NCBI GenBank assembly: GCA_050951325.1
Contig: JBMNIW010000012.1
Coordinates: 256,001-320,000 of the forward strand
Source of the DNA: Clostridia bacterium
Lineage (GTDB): Bacteria > Bacillota > Clostridia > UBA1212 > DUPL01
Length of the DNA: 64,000 nt
Direction of reading: 5' to 3'
Below, in pieces: positions 39,793 to 50,124 of this stretch. Position numbers and translations under genes: made by a program. The notes below the pieces were generated by a model that was given only the letters and a program-made list of their open reading frames with translations, ran no database searches and was not told where the DNA came from. The first letter of the stretch is position 1. Every line of letters begins with the position of its first letter.

Positions 39793-42573
39793 TTATGCTT
39801 TCTTCCTTTTTTTAACTATTATCAATATGACCACAACAATTGCAACTACAACAATTGCTGATGCGATAGCTACATATATCAGCGTTTCAGGGAATTCATC
39901 CCTTTCATCGTCAACAGGCACAACTCCTTTAGTGGTAAATCTGAAGTTGAAACGGCTGTCAGGGGCAGCATCGCCCAAATCCATAAACTGCATTACATTG
40001 CCAGTGATTGTCGAATTGTCAGCCCACTTGAAATCAAACTCAGGCTCGTTTCCTGTTATACCTAAAAGTTCCTTGGATACCCTAATTGTCAAGTTATCAG
40101 AACCCATAAGGTAGTCTGCAGTGCCAACGGTCTCAAACTCCCAGCCGTTATTTACAAACTTCTCAACAGAAACAGTTTTTCCGTCGCGACTTCTGTTAAG
40201 CACAAAGTCATAACCTTCCCATCCTGTTTCGTAGTTCTGGTCGATGTCAATAAATAGATTCATCCAGTTTTCTTCATCCTCAGTAACGATACCAGACACC
40301 GTCTTTGCCAGGAAGTACATGTATTTGTCATCCTGAGTTACCTTGGCATACTCAATATCGTTTCTTCCAGTTGCATTTACGTAAGTGGTCATCAGTCCAT
40401 AGGAAGGGCTGTTTCTAAACATGATATCATTTATTGTATCCATATAAGTGGTTTTTACCTTGTCCCACTGACTCATTATCTTTTTGTCCACATCCTGCAT
40501 TCTGTTTTCGCCATCGGATATAGATACGTCAAAGGATACAACATTCTTCCAAGGAGATCCGGGAAGTGGCGGCATGCCCTTAAACTTCCTAATATATGAT
40601 ACCATTTGATAGTAGTATGCATCGCCATAGCCAACGCCATCCCTCAATTTCATAGGTTCTGCATCTCTTGAGAACTCTGGGTTGAACTGGTCAACAAAGT
40701 GGTAATATGGCGTGGTTGTATGTCCGGTCTTCATATCTGCAAAGGAGTTGCTTTGTCTTCCGGCAACCCATTCATTCCAACCAGTTATCATGATAACCTT
40801 TGGGTCAATTTCAAGGGCTCTTTCAAACTGCTCTGCAAAGTGATAGCCGTATTGGGCTGTGCCCAATGTAAATTCAAAGTCTTCCTTGTTATTTCCATAG
40901 TTGGGGTTGTTGTCAGTCATGCTTCTTCCCTTGCCAAGATGCGCAAGGATTGCAATACTGACAGGAACCTGTTCCACATCTCCTTTAAAGCTTCTTCCAG
41001 GAGCTTGTGGAGAGTCATCAAGGTAATCCCAGTAACCTGAATAGTCCTTGTCATTGTCATATTTCCTGGACTGCCATGCCCAACTCTTCCTAACAGTAAA
41101 GTTGCTCAAATCCTGTTCATATTGACCACTTTCAAAGTATTCCCTGTCTTCCGTTGAAAGGGAGCTCCAGAATCTGTCTTCAGGATATTGACCAATGGTC
41201 TCATGGGAAACAGTCCACTTTTCTCCACCTGGAATATCGTTGTTACCCAAAATCAAAGGCTTGCCTTCCCATTTGAAGAACAATTCCTCATACTCGGGTT
41301 TCGTGTATACCAAGTTGTAAATTATGCGCAAGTCATGTACCAGTATATGGGGCATGTCACCGCACATGAAAGCTATCTCAGGAGTCTGCCCTCCTTCTTT
41401 TCTAATCTGAAGTAATGTGTCAAGCAACACGGTCACAGCCTCGTCAAAGGTTTCTCCGTTGGACACATCAAGGAAGATAAAGTCAATGCCTGCAGCTTCA
41501 AACATCTGAACATGCTTTCTGATTACCCAGGTATCGGAATTCAGATAGTAACCGAAATAAGGCTCTGCCCAGTAAATTCCGGGTACCGTGGGAAGCAACG
41601 CCTTCAGTCCGTCAATTCCCCTTGCCAGGTACTCCTTCGTTACGTCAACTATCTGGCTTTCCCTGTGAGCGTTTCCGGTAAAGAAGTAGAAAAGACCTAC
41701 ATACTTGTCTTCCTGGAATGCTCTTGTTTCATCCTGCATTGGAGTTACGCGGCCAAGGTCGTCTGTTGCAACCCATGTGCTGTAGTCGACAGGCCTCTGC
41801 TCCCTATCAGGGAAAACCTGTGTAACCACGGTATTGGTATACGTAAGGTTGTCTATATGTCCATCCAGTCTGTCTATCGTCATTTTCCACAGACCTGTAT
41901 ATGGAGTTCTTGAATTTTCTACTTTTTCGCCTACGAGATTGCCGTCCTTATCCGATATGGAGAATATGTTGTCAGCATCCAGATATACTTCTGCTACTTT
42001 GATAAAGTCATCTCCCTCGGAGATATACAGGCGTGTTCTGGAACCACTGCTGGTTATTCTATACTTTCTCTCCACATCCAGAGACATTCCGTGGGTTATT
42101 TTCTCTACAGCTTCGGTTCCCCCAATTGTCACCTTTACATCATTGGGCGAAATGTGGAACCAAATTCCGGTATCAACAACAGAAACTGTTGAGATAAGTT
42201 TTGTTCCAACACTTACCGTTCCTTTCGTCATAAGCATTTCAAACTCTATGGGTGCGTTTGTCACTCCATACTCATCACCGAGCTTGAATTCACTTCTAAT
42301 GTCAAAGCTCTTGCCACTCTTGCACTTGAGCTTTCCATTCTCAATTACGCCGTTGCCTTCATTGGTAAACTTCCAGCCAGGCTCCGACTTGTAGGAGGTC
42401 AGAGACGACTCCTCGAAGTCCAGTTTGTATACAGTATCTTCTGCATTATAACTTTTGTTATCCGTCATGTAGAATGTATTATCGTTTGATTGTATTGTTC
42501 TCAAATCATAATTTCCTAACAGGAGCGATATGAACAACACCAGCAAAAGCACTCGTTTCAGCTTTTCGCTCAT
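39793..42573 (-). CDS. Large membrane-anchored GH99-like glycoside hydrolase
   Basis: WVATDDLGR, YWAEPYFGYY...WVIRKH...AGIDF, ITGWNEW, FSRDAEP; C-terminal TM and KKRKK. Confidence 0.72.
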   Translation of the reverse strand: MSEKLKRVLLLVLFISLLLGNYDLRTIQSNDNTFYMTDNKSYNAEDTVYKLDFEESSLTSYKSEPGWKFTNEGNGVIENGKLKCKSGKSFDIRSEFKLGDEYGVTNAPIEFEMLMTKGTVSVGTKLISTVSVVDTGIWFHISPNDVKVTIGGTEAVEKITHGMSLDVERKYRITSSGSRTRLYISEGDDFIKVAEVYLDADNIFSISDKDGNLVGEKVENSRTPYTGLWKMTIDRLDGHIDNLTYTNTVVTQVFPDREQRPVDYSTWVATDDLGRVTPMQDETRAFQEDKYVGLFYFFTGNAHRESQIVDVTKEYLARGIDGLKALLPTVPGIYWAEPYFGYYLNSDTWVIRKHVQMFEAAGIDFIFLDVSNGETFDEAVTVLLDTLLQIRKEGGQTPEIAFMCGDMPHILVHDLRIIYNLVYTKPEYEELFFKWEGKPLILGNNDIPGGEKWTVSHETIGQYPEDRFWSSLSTEDREYFESGQYEQDLSNFTVRKSWAWQSRKYDNDKDYSGYWDYLDDSPQAPGRSFKGDVEQVPVSIAILAHLGKGRSMTDNNPNYGNNKEDFEFTLGTAQYGYHFAEQFERALEIDPKVIMITGWNEWVAGRQSNSFADMKTGHTTTPYYHFVDQFNPEFSRDAEPMKLRDGVGYGDAYYYQMVSYIRKFKGMPPLPGSPWKNVVSFDVSISDGENRMQDVDKKIMSQWDKVKTTYMDTINDIMFRNSPSYGLMTTYVNATGRNDIEYAKVTQDDKYMYFLAKTVSGIVTEDEENWMNLFIDIDQNYETGWEGYDFVLNRSRDGKTVSVEKFVNNGWEFETVGTADYLMGSDNLTIRVSKELLGITGNEPEFDFKWADNSTITGNVMQFMDLGDAAPDSRFNFRFTTKGVVPVDDERDEFPETLIYVAIASAIVVVAIVVVILIIVKKRKKA

Positions 42574-42780
42574 AACATCACCTCTTGTTAAATTATCCAT
42601 CATAACCTATTAATTATCAATGACTTTAAATAATATTCATAAAATCATAAATTGACTTTTCTACAGATTATATTTTCCAAATTGTTTGCAGATTGAAAGA
42701 ATTGTTGCGACTTTTGCTTGTTTATATTATTGCCTGATGATATAATTGGATGTAAGGATGAAGAAAAATAATGTAATAGG

Positions 42781-43827
42781 ATGTTTTATATGTACAAACC
42801 AGGTGAACTGCTAGAACGGCTAATACCATTAGACGAAGACGAACTGATTTACAAGGAATTGTTTTTTGCAAAACAGAATAAGGATACTTATGAAGAGTTT
42901 CTTAGAAAACACGAAGATTTCAGACACAACGAACTTTTGCTCGTTGAAAACACCACGGCTTTTTCTTTTTGTCTTAAAGAAGAAAACATACTTCTCTTTG
43001 ACAACCTGGAATCAAACATATGTGTGCTGAAACACAAAAGATACAGTCCCATGAGGGGACACAGCCACACATTCTTTGAAATGATTTATGTTCTAAAAGG
43101 CTCGTGCGATAATATAATTGAAGGGACTCCAATCAGACTGAATGAAGGAGACATTTGCATAATGTCCTCTGATGTGACTCATGCAATGAGTGTTTTTGAC
43201 GACAGCTTGATTATCAATATCCTTATAAAAAAGACCACCTTCAAGGAAACTTTTTTCAAGCTCCTTAAGGACGACAATATTCTTTCAACATTTTTCACTC
43301 GTATCCTTTATACGAACAACGCAAGCAACTACATACTGTTCCATACAAAGGGAGACATAAGGTTGCACACCCTTCTTGAATACCTGATCTGGGATGGAAT
43401 CTTTGAAGACCATAAGAACAACAGTGATTTGAGAGAGTACCTTTTGCTTGCATCCTTTCACTACATGCTGGAAAATCATGTGGACAACATTGAACTTCCA
43501 AAAACAGTGGATACGAACATACCAAACATTGTCCAGATACTGCGGTATATAAAAGAGAATTACAAGACTATAAAGCTGGGGGATTTGGCAAGGCATTTCA
43601 ACTATGCTCCAAACTATATCAGCAACCTGATAAAATCCACAACAGGTTACACCTTCTCGGAGATACTTATAGAAACGAAGCTTAGAAATGCATGCAAATT
43701 CCTAAGAGATACATCCCTTCCCGTGCATGAGATTGCACACATGGTAGGATATGACAGCAACGAACACTTCCACAGGGTGTTTAAGAAATATACTGGCTAT
43801 ACGCCCAATGAGTATAGGACTATGTAA
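42781..43827 (+). CDS. AraC-family regulator with cupin sensor
   Basis: HSHTFFEMIYV; AraC HTH; divergent from the glycan operon. Confidence 0.9.
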   Translation: MFYMYKPGELLERLIPLDEDELIYKELFFAKQNKDTYEEFLRKHEDFRHNELLLVENTTAFSFCLKEENILLFDNLESNICVLKHKRYSPMRGHSHTFFEMIYVLKGSCDNIIEGTPIRLNEGDICIMSSDVTHAMSVFDDSLIINILIKKTTFKETFFKLLKDDNILSTFFTRILYTNNASNYILFHTKGDIRLHTLLEYLIWDGIFEDHKNNSDLREYLLLASFHYMLENHVDNIELPKTVDTNIPNIVQILRYIKENYKTIKLGDLARHFNYAPNYISNLIKSTTGYTFSEILIETKLRNACKFLRDTSLPVHEIAHMVGYDSNEHFHRVFKKYTGYTPNEYRTM

Positions 43828-43844
43828 GGAAAGGAATGTTTTTT

Positions 43845-45563
43845 ATGAATCTACCAAGACCGGAATATCCCAGACCTATAATGAGAAGAGATAACTGGAT
43901 CAATTTAAATGGCGAATGGGAATTTGAACTTGATCCCGGCCAAAGCGGAAGAGAACGTAACATGCACGCAAACGGCGTATTTTCAAAGAAAATTATTGTT
44001 CCCTTCTGTCCTGAAAGCAAACTGTCAGGTCTTGAAATCAAGGATTTCATGCCTTGTGTATGGTACAGAAGAACCTTCGAGCTCAAAGAGTTGAAAAGAA
44101 CCCTGATTCACTTTGGAGCAGTGGATTACCATGCAGAGGTATGGATTAATGGACATAGCGTCGGTACCCACGTGGGCGGCTATGTGGGTTTTACATTTGA
44201 TATCACGGATTTTGTAAAAGTTGGAGTCAATGAGGTTGTAGTATGTGCAGCGGACGACACAAGAAGCGGCAAACAGCCCATCGGCAAACAAAGCTTTAGA
44301 TATGATTCCCATGGATGTCACTATACAAGAACCACTGGTATCTGGCAGACCGTATGGCTCGAGCAGGTTTCGGATACATATATAAGTAATTTGAAGATGG
44401 TGCCGGATATAAACAATCAAAGAATCAATATAACTGTTTTCCTTGAAGGAAATGTAAGAGATGGCTCCAACCTCAAGATTGACGCCAGGTCTTCGTACGA
44501 AGGCAAGGATACGGGTTCCGTGGAGGTTAAAGGAAACTGGAGACAGGTCTCATTTTCCATCCAACTAAGCGAGCTGCATCTTTGGGAACCACTAAAAGGA
44601 AGACTTTACGACCTTGAAATTACACTTTATGAAAACGACAGTCTTGTTGATACGATAAAAAGCTATTTCGGCATGAGAAATGTGTCCCTTACAGACAAGG
44701 CCATCCTTATCAATGGCAAGCCGGTATTCCAGAGACTGATTCTTGATCAAGGCTTCTACATGGATGGTGTTTATACAGCTCCGTCCGATGATGAGCTGAG
44801 GAAAGACATTGAAAGGTCTATTGCCATGGGATTCAACGGTGCAAGGCTGCATGAAAAGGTCTTTGAGCCAAGGTTCCTTTACTGGGCAGACAAACTGGGA
44901 TATTTGTGTTGGGGAGAGCATGCCAACTGGGGTCTTGATATTTCAAATCCGGAAGGCATGATGGCATTTCTCCCAGAGTGGGTTGAAATATTGAACAGAG
45001 ACATAAGTCATCCTTCCATTGTTGGCTGGTGTCCTTTCAATGAAACCCAAGGCAATCAGGACAATAGAATCCTTGAGTATATTTATAAGGTGACAAGGGA
45101 GATAGACCCTACCAGACCAATTATTGATACAAGCGGCTGGGTTCATACAAAATTTACAGACGTCTATGACATGCACGATTATGATCAGGATATAGAAAGC
45201 TTTGCAAGAAAGCTGGATCCTTTCAAGACTGGAGATACTCCGTATGTTACACTTTCGGATCCTTCAACATACAAGAAGGGTACTCCGTACTTTGTCAGTG
45301 AATTTGGAGGAACCTGGTGGGCTCCGGACAAGGAAGGCTGGGGATATGGAAATGCTCCAAATACCGAGGAAGAGTTTCTAAAGAGGTTTGAAGGATTGGT
45401 ACGTTATCTTTTAAATCATCCGAAGGTATGCGCTTTTTGCTATACACAGCTTACCGATGTGGAACAGGAAGTGAACGGACTTTATACTTACGACAGAAAA
45501 CCCAAATTTGACCCTGAAATCATCAGACAAATAGTATCAGCAAAAGCGGCAATTGAATATTGA
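43845..45563 (+). CDS. GH2 glycoside hydrolase (beta-galactosidase/glucuronidase-like)
   Basis: PRPEYPRP, HFGAVDY, TTGIWQTVWLE, LDQGF, HPSIVGWCPFNE, SEFGG. Confidence 0.92.
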   Translation: MNLPRPEYPRPIMRRDNWINLNGEWEFELDPGQSGRERNMHANGVFSKKIIVPFCPESKLSGLEIKDFMPCVWYRRTFELKELKRTLIHFGAVDYHAEVWINGHSVGTHVGGYVGFTFDITDFVKVGVNEVVVCAADDTRSGKQPIGKQSFRYDSHGCHYTRTTGIWQTVWLEQVSDTYISNLKMVPDINNQRINITVFLEGNVRDGSNLKIDARSSYEGKDTGSVEVKGNWRQVSFSIQLSELHLWEPLKGRLYDLEITLYENDSLVDTIKSYFGMRNVSLTDKAILINGKPVFQRLILDQGFYMDGVYTAPSDDELRKDIERSIAMGFNGARLHEKVFEPRFLYWADKLGYLCWGEHANWGLDISNPEGMMAFLPEWVEILNRDISHPSIVGWCPFNETQGNQDNRILEYIYKVTREIDPTRPIIDTSGWVHTKFTDVYDMHDYDQDIESFARKLDPFKTGDTPYVTLSDPSTYKKGTPYFVSEFGGTWWAPDKEGWGYGNAPNTEEEFLKRFEGLVRYLLNHPKVCAFCYTQLTDVEQEVNGLYTYDRKPKFDPEIIRQIVSAKAAIEY

Positions 45564-45580
45564 AAATCTGTTAAATTTCC

Positions 45581-45616
45581 TTATAGCCTTGACATTAATT
45601 ACATCAAGGCTATAAT
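45581..45616 (+). promoter_or_regulatory. Sigma-A promoter embedded in a 12-bp inverted repeat
   Basis: TTGACA (45589)-16 nt-TATAAT (45611); arms TTATAGCCTTGA/TCAAGGCTATAA. Confidence 0.65.
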
Positions 45617-45657
45617 TACTTTGTCAATTTAATATTTTCTCCATCTTGGAGGTGTAA

Positions 45658-47916
45658 ATGGTGGAATATGAAAATGCACTAAAAAACAAACCCATTCCTG
45701 AGACTATCAGGAAGCTTGTTGAAGCAAAATTGGTTGATGACGAAAGATTATTGTTTGTAATTATTGGAGACTTGACCCTGGAGGGCAAGTATGGAGAATC
45801 AGCTCTGGCAGTTACCGACAAGAAGGTGATGTCAGTGGATAGTTCTCATGCAGATGGAATACTCACATATGAATATAAAGAGATAAAGGATGCCTCCATC
45901 AAAAGGATGTACGGCAATGCCCAGCTCAATATTGAGCTCAACGACGGAAGAATACTGAGGTTCTTCCGATTTACATATACTGTAACAACGTTGTGTGAGA
46001 TGGCTTCATCCTTTATAGTTCAAATAGGCAAGGGCTCTCCATTAAAGGACGAGCTTGAAATTGCCGAAGCAACCTTTGAAAAACTAATGAGTGTCTGCCC
46101 AACCTGCGGAAGGACCCTCATAAGGCCAGGCGCCGACTGTATAAAGTGCCAGTCCAAAAAGAAGATCGCAACCAAGTTTATAAAATACATAATCCCTGAA
46201 AAGTGGCCCCTTCTGTTCAGCCTTTTTTTGTCCGTTATAACAACGGCAATTGCACTGCTCCCTCCATATATCACAAAGGAGCTATTAAATAGCATTTTGC
46301 CAAACAAGGACTACAGAGCTCTTACAATCGTTGTAATTGTTCTGCTTGTTTCGTACATAGTCCACTACTCAGTAGCAGCATACAGAGGCTACCTACTCAG
46401 GATGAGCGGAAACAGGATTGTTGAGTCCTTAAGGAATGATGTATATCAAAAAGCCCAGTATCTGCCCATGAAGTTTTACGACAAAACCACAACCGGTTCC
46501 GTAATAAACAGAATAAATGGCGATACTGAGAATATTAGGGGTTTTATCATCAGGGTTACACAGGAAATACTAGTGCAGTTCATGCTGCTTATTGGTATAG
46601 TAGTCATAATGCTTACAATGCACTGGAAACTTACACTCCTGTCTCTGATCCCTGTACCTTTTGTTGTAATTGGTGCAAAGGTATTTGCTGAAAAGATTAG
46701 GCCTTACTACATTAGAATATGGAGGCGCGGCGCTGCTGTTTCCTCTGTACTTACTGATACAATACCCAACATCAGGGTGGTCAAGTCCTTTGCAAAAGAG
46801 CAGAGTGCTGTAAAGAAGTTTGAAAGATACACTGCTGAGTGGAGAAAGGTGGATACAAACTCAGCAAAAATAACGAACACCTTCCCTAATGCAGTTGCTC
46901 TGTTTGTCACATTGGGTTCATTACTTATCTGGAGCATTGGAGGCAAATGGGTTATTTCAGGAAGCCTTTCAGTGGGTCTTCTTGTTTCCTTCATATCATA
47001 TACTGCAATGTTTTATGGTCCTGTAGGTTTCTTTGCAAACTTCAGCGACGTTTACCAGAGCGCCCTTACATCCATTGAAAGAATACTTGATATAATAGAT
47101 GCAGAACCTGAACCTGACTATGGCAAGGGCAGAGTTCTTGGAGAAGTAAAAGGCAAGATTGAGTTTAGAAATGTAAACTTCTCCTTTGACCGCACCAAGA
47201 AAGTGCTGTCTGATATAAATCTTGTGATTGAGCCTGGAGACGTGGTTGGAATCGTAGGAACTACAGGTTCGGGAAAATCCACACTGGTCAACCTTATCAT
47301 GAGGTTCTATTCCGATTATGAAGGAGATATACTGCTAGATGGCGTCAACATAAAGGATATTGACATGGAGTTCTACCGTTCATGCATAGGATTTGTACAG
47401 CAGGATCCGATGATGTTCAGCGATACCATTTTCAATAATATAGCCTACGGCGTTCCCGATGCTCATGTAGAACAGGTAATTCATGCCGCAGATATTGCAA
47501 ATGCACATGACTTTATTGCAAAGCAGCCTGATGGTTATGACTCCGTACTTGGAGAAAGAGGCGTTGGCCTGTCCGGCGGTGAAAGACAGCGTATTTCAAT
47601 TGCCCGTGCGGTATTGAAAAACCCAAGAATCCTCATATTCGATGAAGCTACTGCCAGTGTTGACTCTGAAACCGAGAATCTTATTCAACAGGCTATTGAC
47701 AGGATGATAAGCGGACGTACAACCATCATGATTGCCCACAGACTGTCAACCTTGAGAAAGGCAAACAAGATTGTTGTTGTTGACCAGGGCAGAATAATTG
47801 AGTGCGGTTCGCACGAGGAATTGATGGCTCTCAAAGGCAAGTACCATAAACTTATTGAAATCCAGTCTCTTTCAGAAAAGCTGCAGAGAGACAAGGAGAA
47901 AGAGAAGTTTGAGTAG
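45658..47916 (+). CDS. ABC exporter (fused TMD-NBD) with N-terminal PH-like domain and zinc ribbon
   Basis: CPTC...CIKC, multiple TM helices, GTTGSGKST, LSGGERQR, IFDEAT. Confidence 0.9.
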   Translation: MVEYENALKNKPIPETIRKLVEAKLVDDERLLFVIIGDLTLEGKYGESALAVTDKKVMSVDSSHADGILTYEYKEIKDASIKRMYGNAQLNIELNDGRILRFFRFTYTVTTLCEMASSFIVQIGKGSPLKDELEIAEATFEKLMSVCPTCGRTLIRPGADCIKCQSKKKIATKFIKYIIPEKWPLLFSLFLSVITTAIALLPPYITKELLNSILPNKDYRALTIVVIVLLVSYIVHYSVAAYRGYLLRMSGNRIVESLRNDVYQKAQYLPMKFYDKTTTGSVINRINGDTENIRGFIIRVTQEILVQFMLLIGIVVIMLTMHWKLTLLSLIPVPFVVIGAKVFAEKIRPYYIRIWRRGAAVSSVLTDTIPNIRVVKSFAKEQSAVKKFERYTAEWRKVDTNSAKITNTFPNAVALFVTLGSLLIWSIGGKWVISGSLSVGLLVSFISYTAMFYGPVGFFANFSDVYQSALTSIERILDIIDAEPEPDYGKGRVLGEVKGKIEFRNVNFSFDRTKKVLSDINLVIEPGDVVGIVGTTGSGKSTLVNLIMRFYSDYEGDILLDGVNIKDIDMEFYRSCIGFVQQDPMMFSDTIFNNIAYGVPDAHVEQVIHAADIANAHDFIAKQPDGYDSVLGERGVGLSGGERQRISIARAVLKNPRILIFDEATASVDSETENLIQQAIDRMISGRTTIMIAHRLSTLRKANKIVVVDQGRIIECGSHEELMALKGKYHKLIEIQSLSEKLQRDKEKEKFE

Positions 47917-47932
47917 CAAGGAGGAGAAAGGA

Positions 47933-48421
47933 ATGGCCAGATTATATATAAGCGGTGATGAAGCGAAAATCACTCTTAAGGAACATTACAGGGTTGATGT
48001 GGAGTTCTACAATGGCGTCAAGTTTGAAGACCTTGAACCACGAAGACTGTTCCCCATAAGTGGTTTGAGAAAGTACATAACACTGCTAGACAAAGATGGA
48101 AACGAGAAGTGTATTATTAGGGATCTGGATACCCTCATGCCAGAGTCAAGAGAGGCTGTAGAGAAGTGTTTGGACGAGTATTACCTTGTACCTAAAATCA
48201 TCAGAATTATTGACACTGAAGAAAAATATGGTATACTAAAAATGAAATGCGAAACCGAACGTGGCATCAGAACTTTCGATGTCAGAAACAGGTATAGCGA
48301 CATAAAAGTCTTATACGATAATCGAGTTCTTATTAGAGATTCAGATGACAACAGATATGAAATTCCAGATCATACCCGCTTGGATAAACACAGCAAGAAG
48401 TTACTCTATGCAGAACTTTGA
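47933..48421 (+). CDS. DUF1854-family protein
   Basis: PRRLFPISG...YI...YLVPKI...ETERG.R.F...D.D.NRYEI pattern; usual partner of this ABC exporter type. Confidence 0.75.
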   Translation: MARLYISGDEAKITLKEHYRVDVEFYNGVKFEDLEPRRLFPISGLRKYITLLDKDGNEKCIIRDLDTLMPESREAVEKCLDEYYLVPKIIRIIDTEEKYGILKMKCETERGIRTFDVRNRYSDIKVLYDNRVLIRDSDDNRYEIPDHTRLDKHSKKLLYAEL

Positions 48422-48454
48422 TAATAAAAAATAAATAATGGGAGGTTGAGAGAA

Positions 48455-48781
48455 ATGAAGCTTGTATTGGCTATAGTTAACAACGAAGATTCTGCAATTG
48501 CGTCATCAGCATTGACTCAGGAAGGGTTTTTCGTGACCAAGTTATCCACAACTGGTGGCTTTTTAATGGTAGGAAACACAACCCTTCTTATAGGTACAAT
48601 GGATGACAAGATTGACAAAATAAAGGAGATACTGTCAAAGTATTGTTCTACACGAAAACAGACGAATCCTTCGTACAGTTCACTCGGTAGGAATGTAAAA
48701 AACGACAGCCTCCCAGAAGACGTTACTGTAGGAGGAGCAACAATCTTTGTTTTGGGTGTGGAAGACTTTTCGAAATTATAG
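48455..48781 (+). CDS. darA: Cyclic-di-AMP receptor DarA/PstA (PII-like)
   Basis: MKLVLAIV..ED, TKLSTTGGFL..GNTT, VGGATIFV. Confidence 0.9.
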   Translation: MKLVLAIVNNEDSAIASSALTQEGFFVTKLSTTGGFLMVGNTTLLIGTMDDKIDKIKEILSKYCSTRKQTNPSYSSLGRNVKNDSLPEDVTVGGATIFVLGVEDFSKL

Positions 48782-48787
48782 ATGACA

Positions 48788-48813
48788 AACCGGGCAAATT
48801 GCCCGGTTTTTTT
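48788..48813 (+). terminator. Intrinsic terminator after darA
   Basis: AAACCGGGCA-AAT-TGCCCGGTTT followed by a T-run. Confidence 0.85.
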
Positions 48814-48883
48814 ATACATAATATGGATTTGGCTTGAATAGTATTATCACCGTATCTATAAGTTACCTTTACAGTTAAGTAGT

Positions 48884-49150
48884 CATAAGTCAGCCTCCTT
48901 TTTGTAGAGTTCCTTAAAAGTTTTTCTATCAAGTCTGATTTATCTCCTTCCACCCAATCCGCTAGCCAAAGTCCTTTTGCGTTAGGGTTGTTTACAGTTT
49001 GAAAGTTATGCTTCGGGTGGTAATACAGCCTTCTGGCCTGTGGTGAGCCTGTTTTACTAATCTAACAGCTACTCCATTGGAATCGGACTCCACAGCTGCT
49101 TCTTCCAGCTTCTTTATGGCCATTGCGTCTAATTCTATCCTGATTTTCAT
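48884..49150 (-). pseudogene. Phage minor capsid/neck protein, deleted and frameshifted
   Basis: Fragments MKIRIELD...AAVE and GSPQARRLYYHPKHNFQTVNNPNAKGLW in different frames. Confidence 0.7.
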
Positions 49151-49485
49151 TACATCAGCTCCAACCTTGTAAAATTTACAGACCCGTCTACGTTATAGCC
49201 TCTAGAAAATGCATAGATGCTTCTTACTATCTGGCCGTTGTTTATGACAGCTTCGCCTGCAATATTTTTACCTGGTGCAATATCCCCATTCATCAAAGCT
49301 ACAGCTTGCAGTTGAATAAGCTGTCTTTCAGCATTCATAATCTGCTTGGCCTTTTCGAAATAGTTGCATTTGCCATCAAAAATGACAGTCTTTTTCGGAC
49401 TGCCATCTTCATTTATTCCATCCTCAAATAGGATTGTGATGGGGGTGTTGCACATTGAATCAGGCACCAATTCTGGCCATTTCAT
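49150..49485 (-). CDS. Phage head-closure/adaptor-like protein
   Basis: MKWPELVP...EDG.P...NVDGSVNFT pattern; position after the connector gene. Confidence 0.65.
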   Translation of the reverse strand: MKWPELVPDSMCNTPITILFEDGINEDGSPKKTVIFDGKCNYFEKAKQIMNAERQLIQLQAVALMNGDIAPGKNIAGEAVINNGQIVRSIYAFSRGYNVDGSVNFTRLELM

Positions 49486-49488
49486 CTG

Positions 49489-49857
49489 TTACACCCCCCG
49501 ATAAGTTAAACCTGTTTGTCTAAGTACTCCGTATATACTGGCTGTTGTATATACCCCACATACTTGTAAGACTTTTGATGTATCCCACGTCATTGAAACA
49601 CCGTTTATTGCATATGACGATAAAGGATTTTCTAAATAAATGCCGTATTGGTGTTTGAAATCCGCCTGGTCCACTACCGATTGTTTGACAAGCTCACGTT
49701 GGAAGTCCGTGAGCCTGTCGAATCCAAGACCTTTTATTCGGTTAAAAGTAAGGCTGTCTATGTGCCTTTCAGCATCTCTCAAAACACTTTCCAACTTTTC
49801 GGGACCAACAGCCTTATCGTTGCTTAAAACTTCATACTCTTCAAGGCTCACGTACAT
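49489..49857 (-). CDS. Phage head-tail connector-like protein
   Basis: A.RHIDSLTFNRI...LRQTGLTYRGV. Confidence 0.7.
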   Translation of the reverse strand: MYVSLEEYEVLSNDKAVGPEKLESVLRDAERHIDSLTFNRIKGLGFDRLTDFQRELVKQSVVDQADFKHQYGIYLENPLSSYAINGVSMTWDTSKVLQVCGVYTTASIYGVLRQTGLTYRGV

Positions 49858-49862
49858 TTACA

Positions 49863-50111
49863 TCACCCTTTTTTGTCTTTTTCAGGTTCTTTTTGTAATT
49901 TTTCTAGCTCTTTCTGTAGCTTTTCGTTAGCTTTTGTTAGTTTTTCAATCTCCCTTAACGCATTTTCATATTTAGTATAGGAGACTGTTTTACCGACTCC
50001 ATGAGCTATCAATTTACCTTTACCATCGTAAATGTCATAGCCTAATGCAATATAAGTATCCTTTTCTCCTTCTGTAATCGTATATTGCCTATTAGCCCTT
50101 TTTGCATACAC
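49863..50111 (-). CDS. Small phage protein downstream of the capsid gene
   Basis: RBS GAGGTG; GYDIYD motif and coiled-coil tail. Confidence 0.65.
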   Translation of the reverse strand: MYAKRANRQYTITEGEKDTYIALGYDIYDGKGKLIAHGVGKTVSYTKYENALREIEKLTKANEKLQKELEKLQKEPEKDKKG

Positions 50112-50124
50112 TCAACATCACCTC

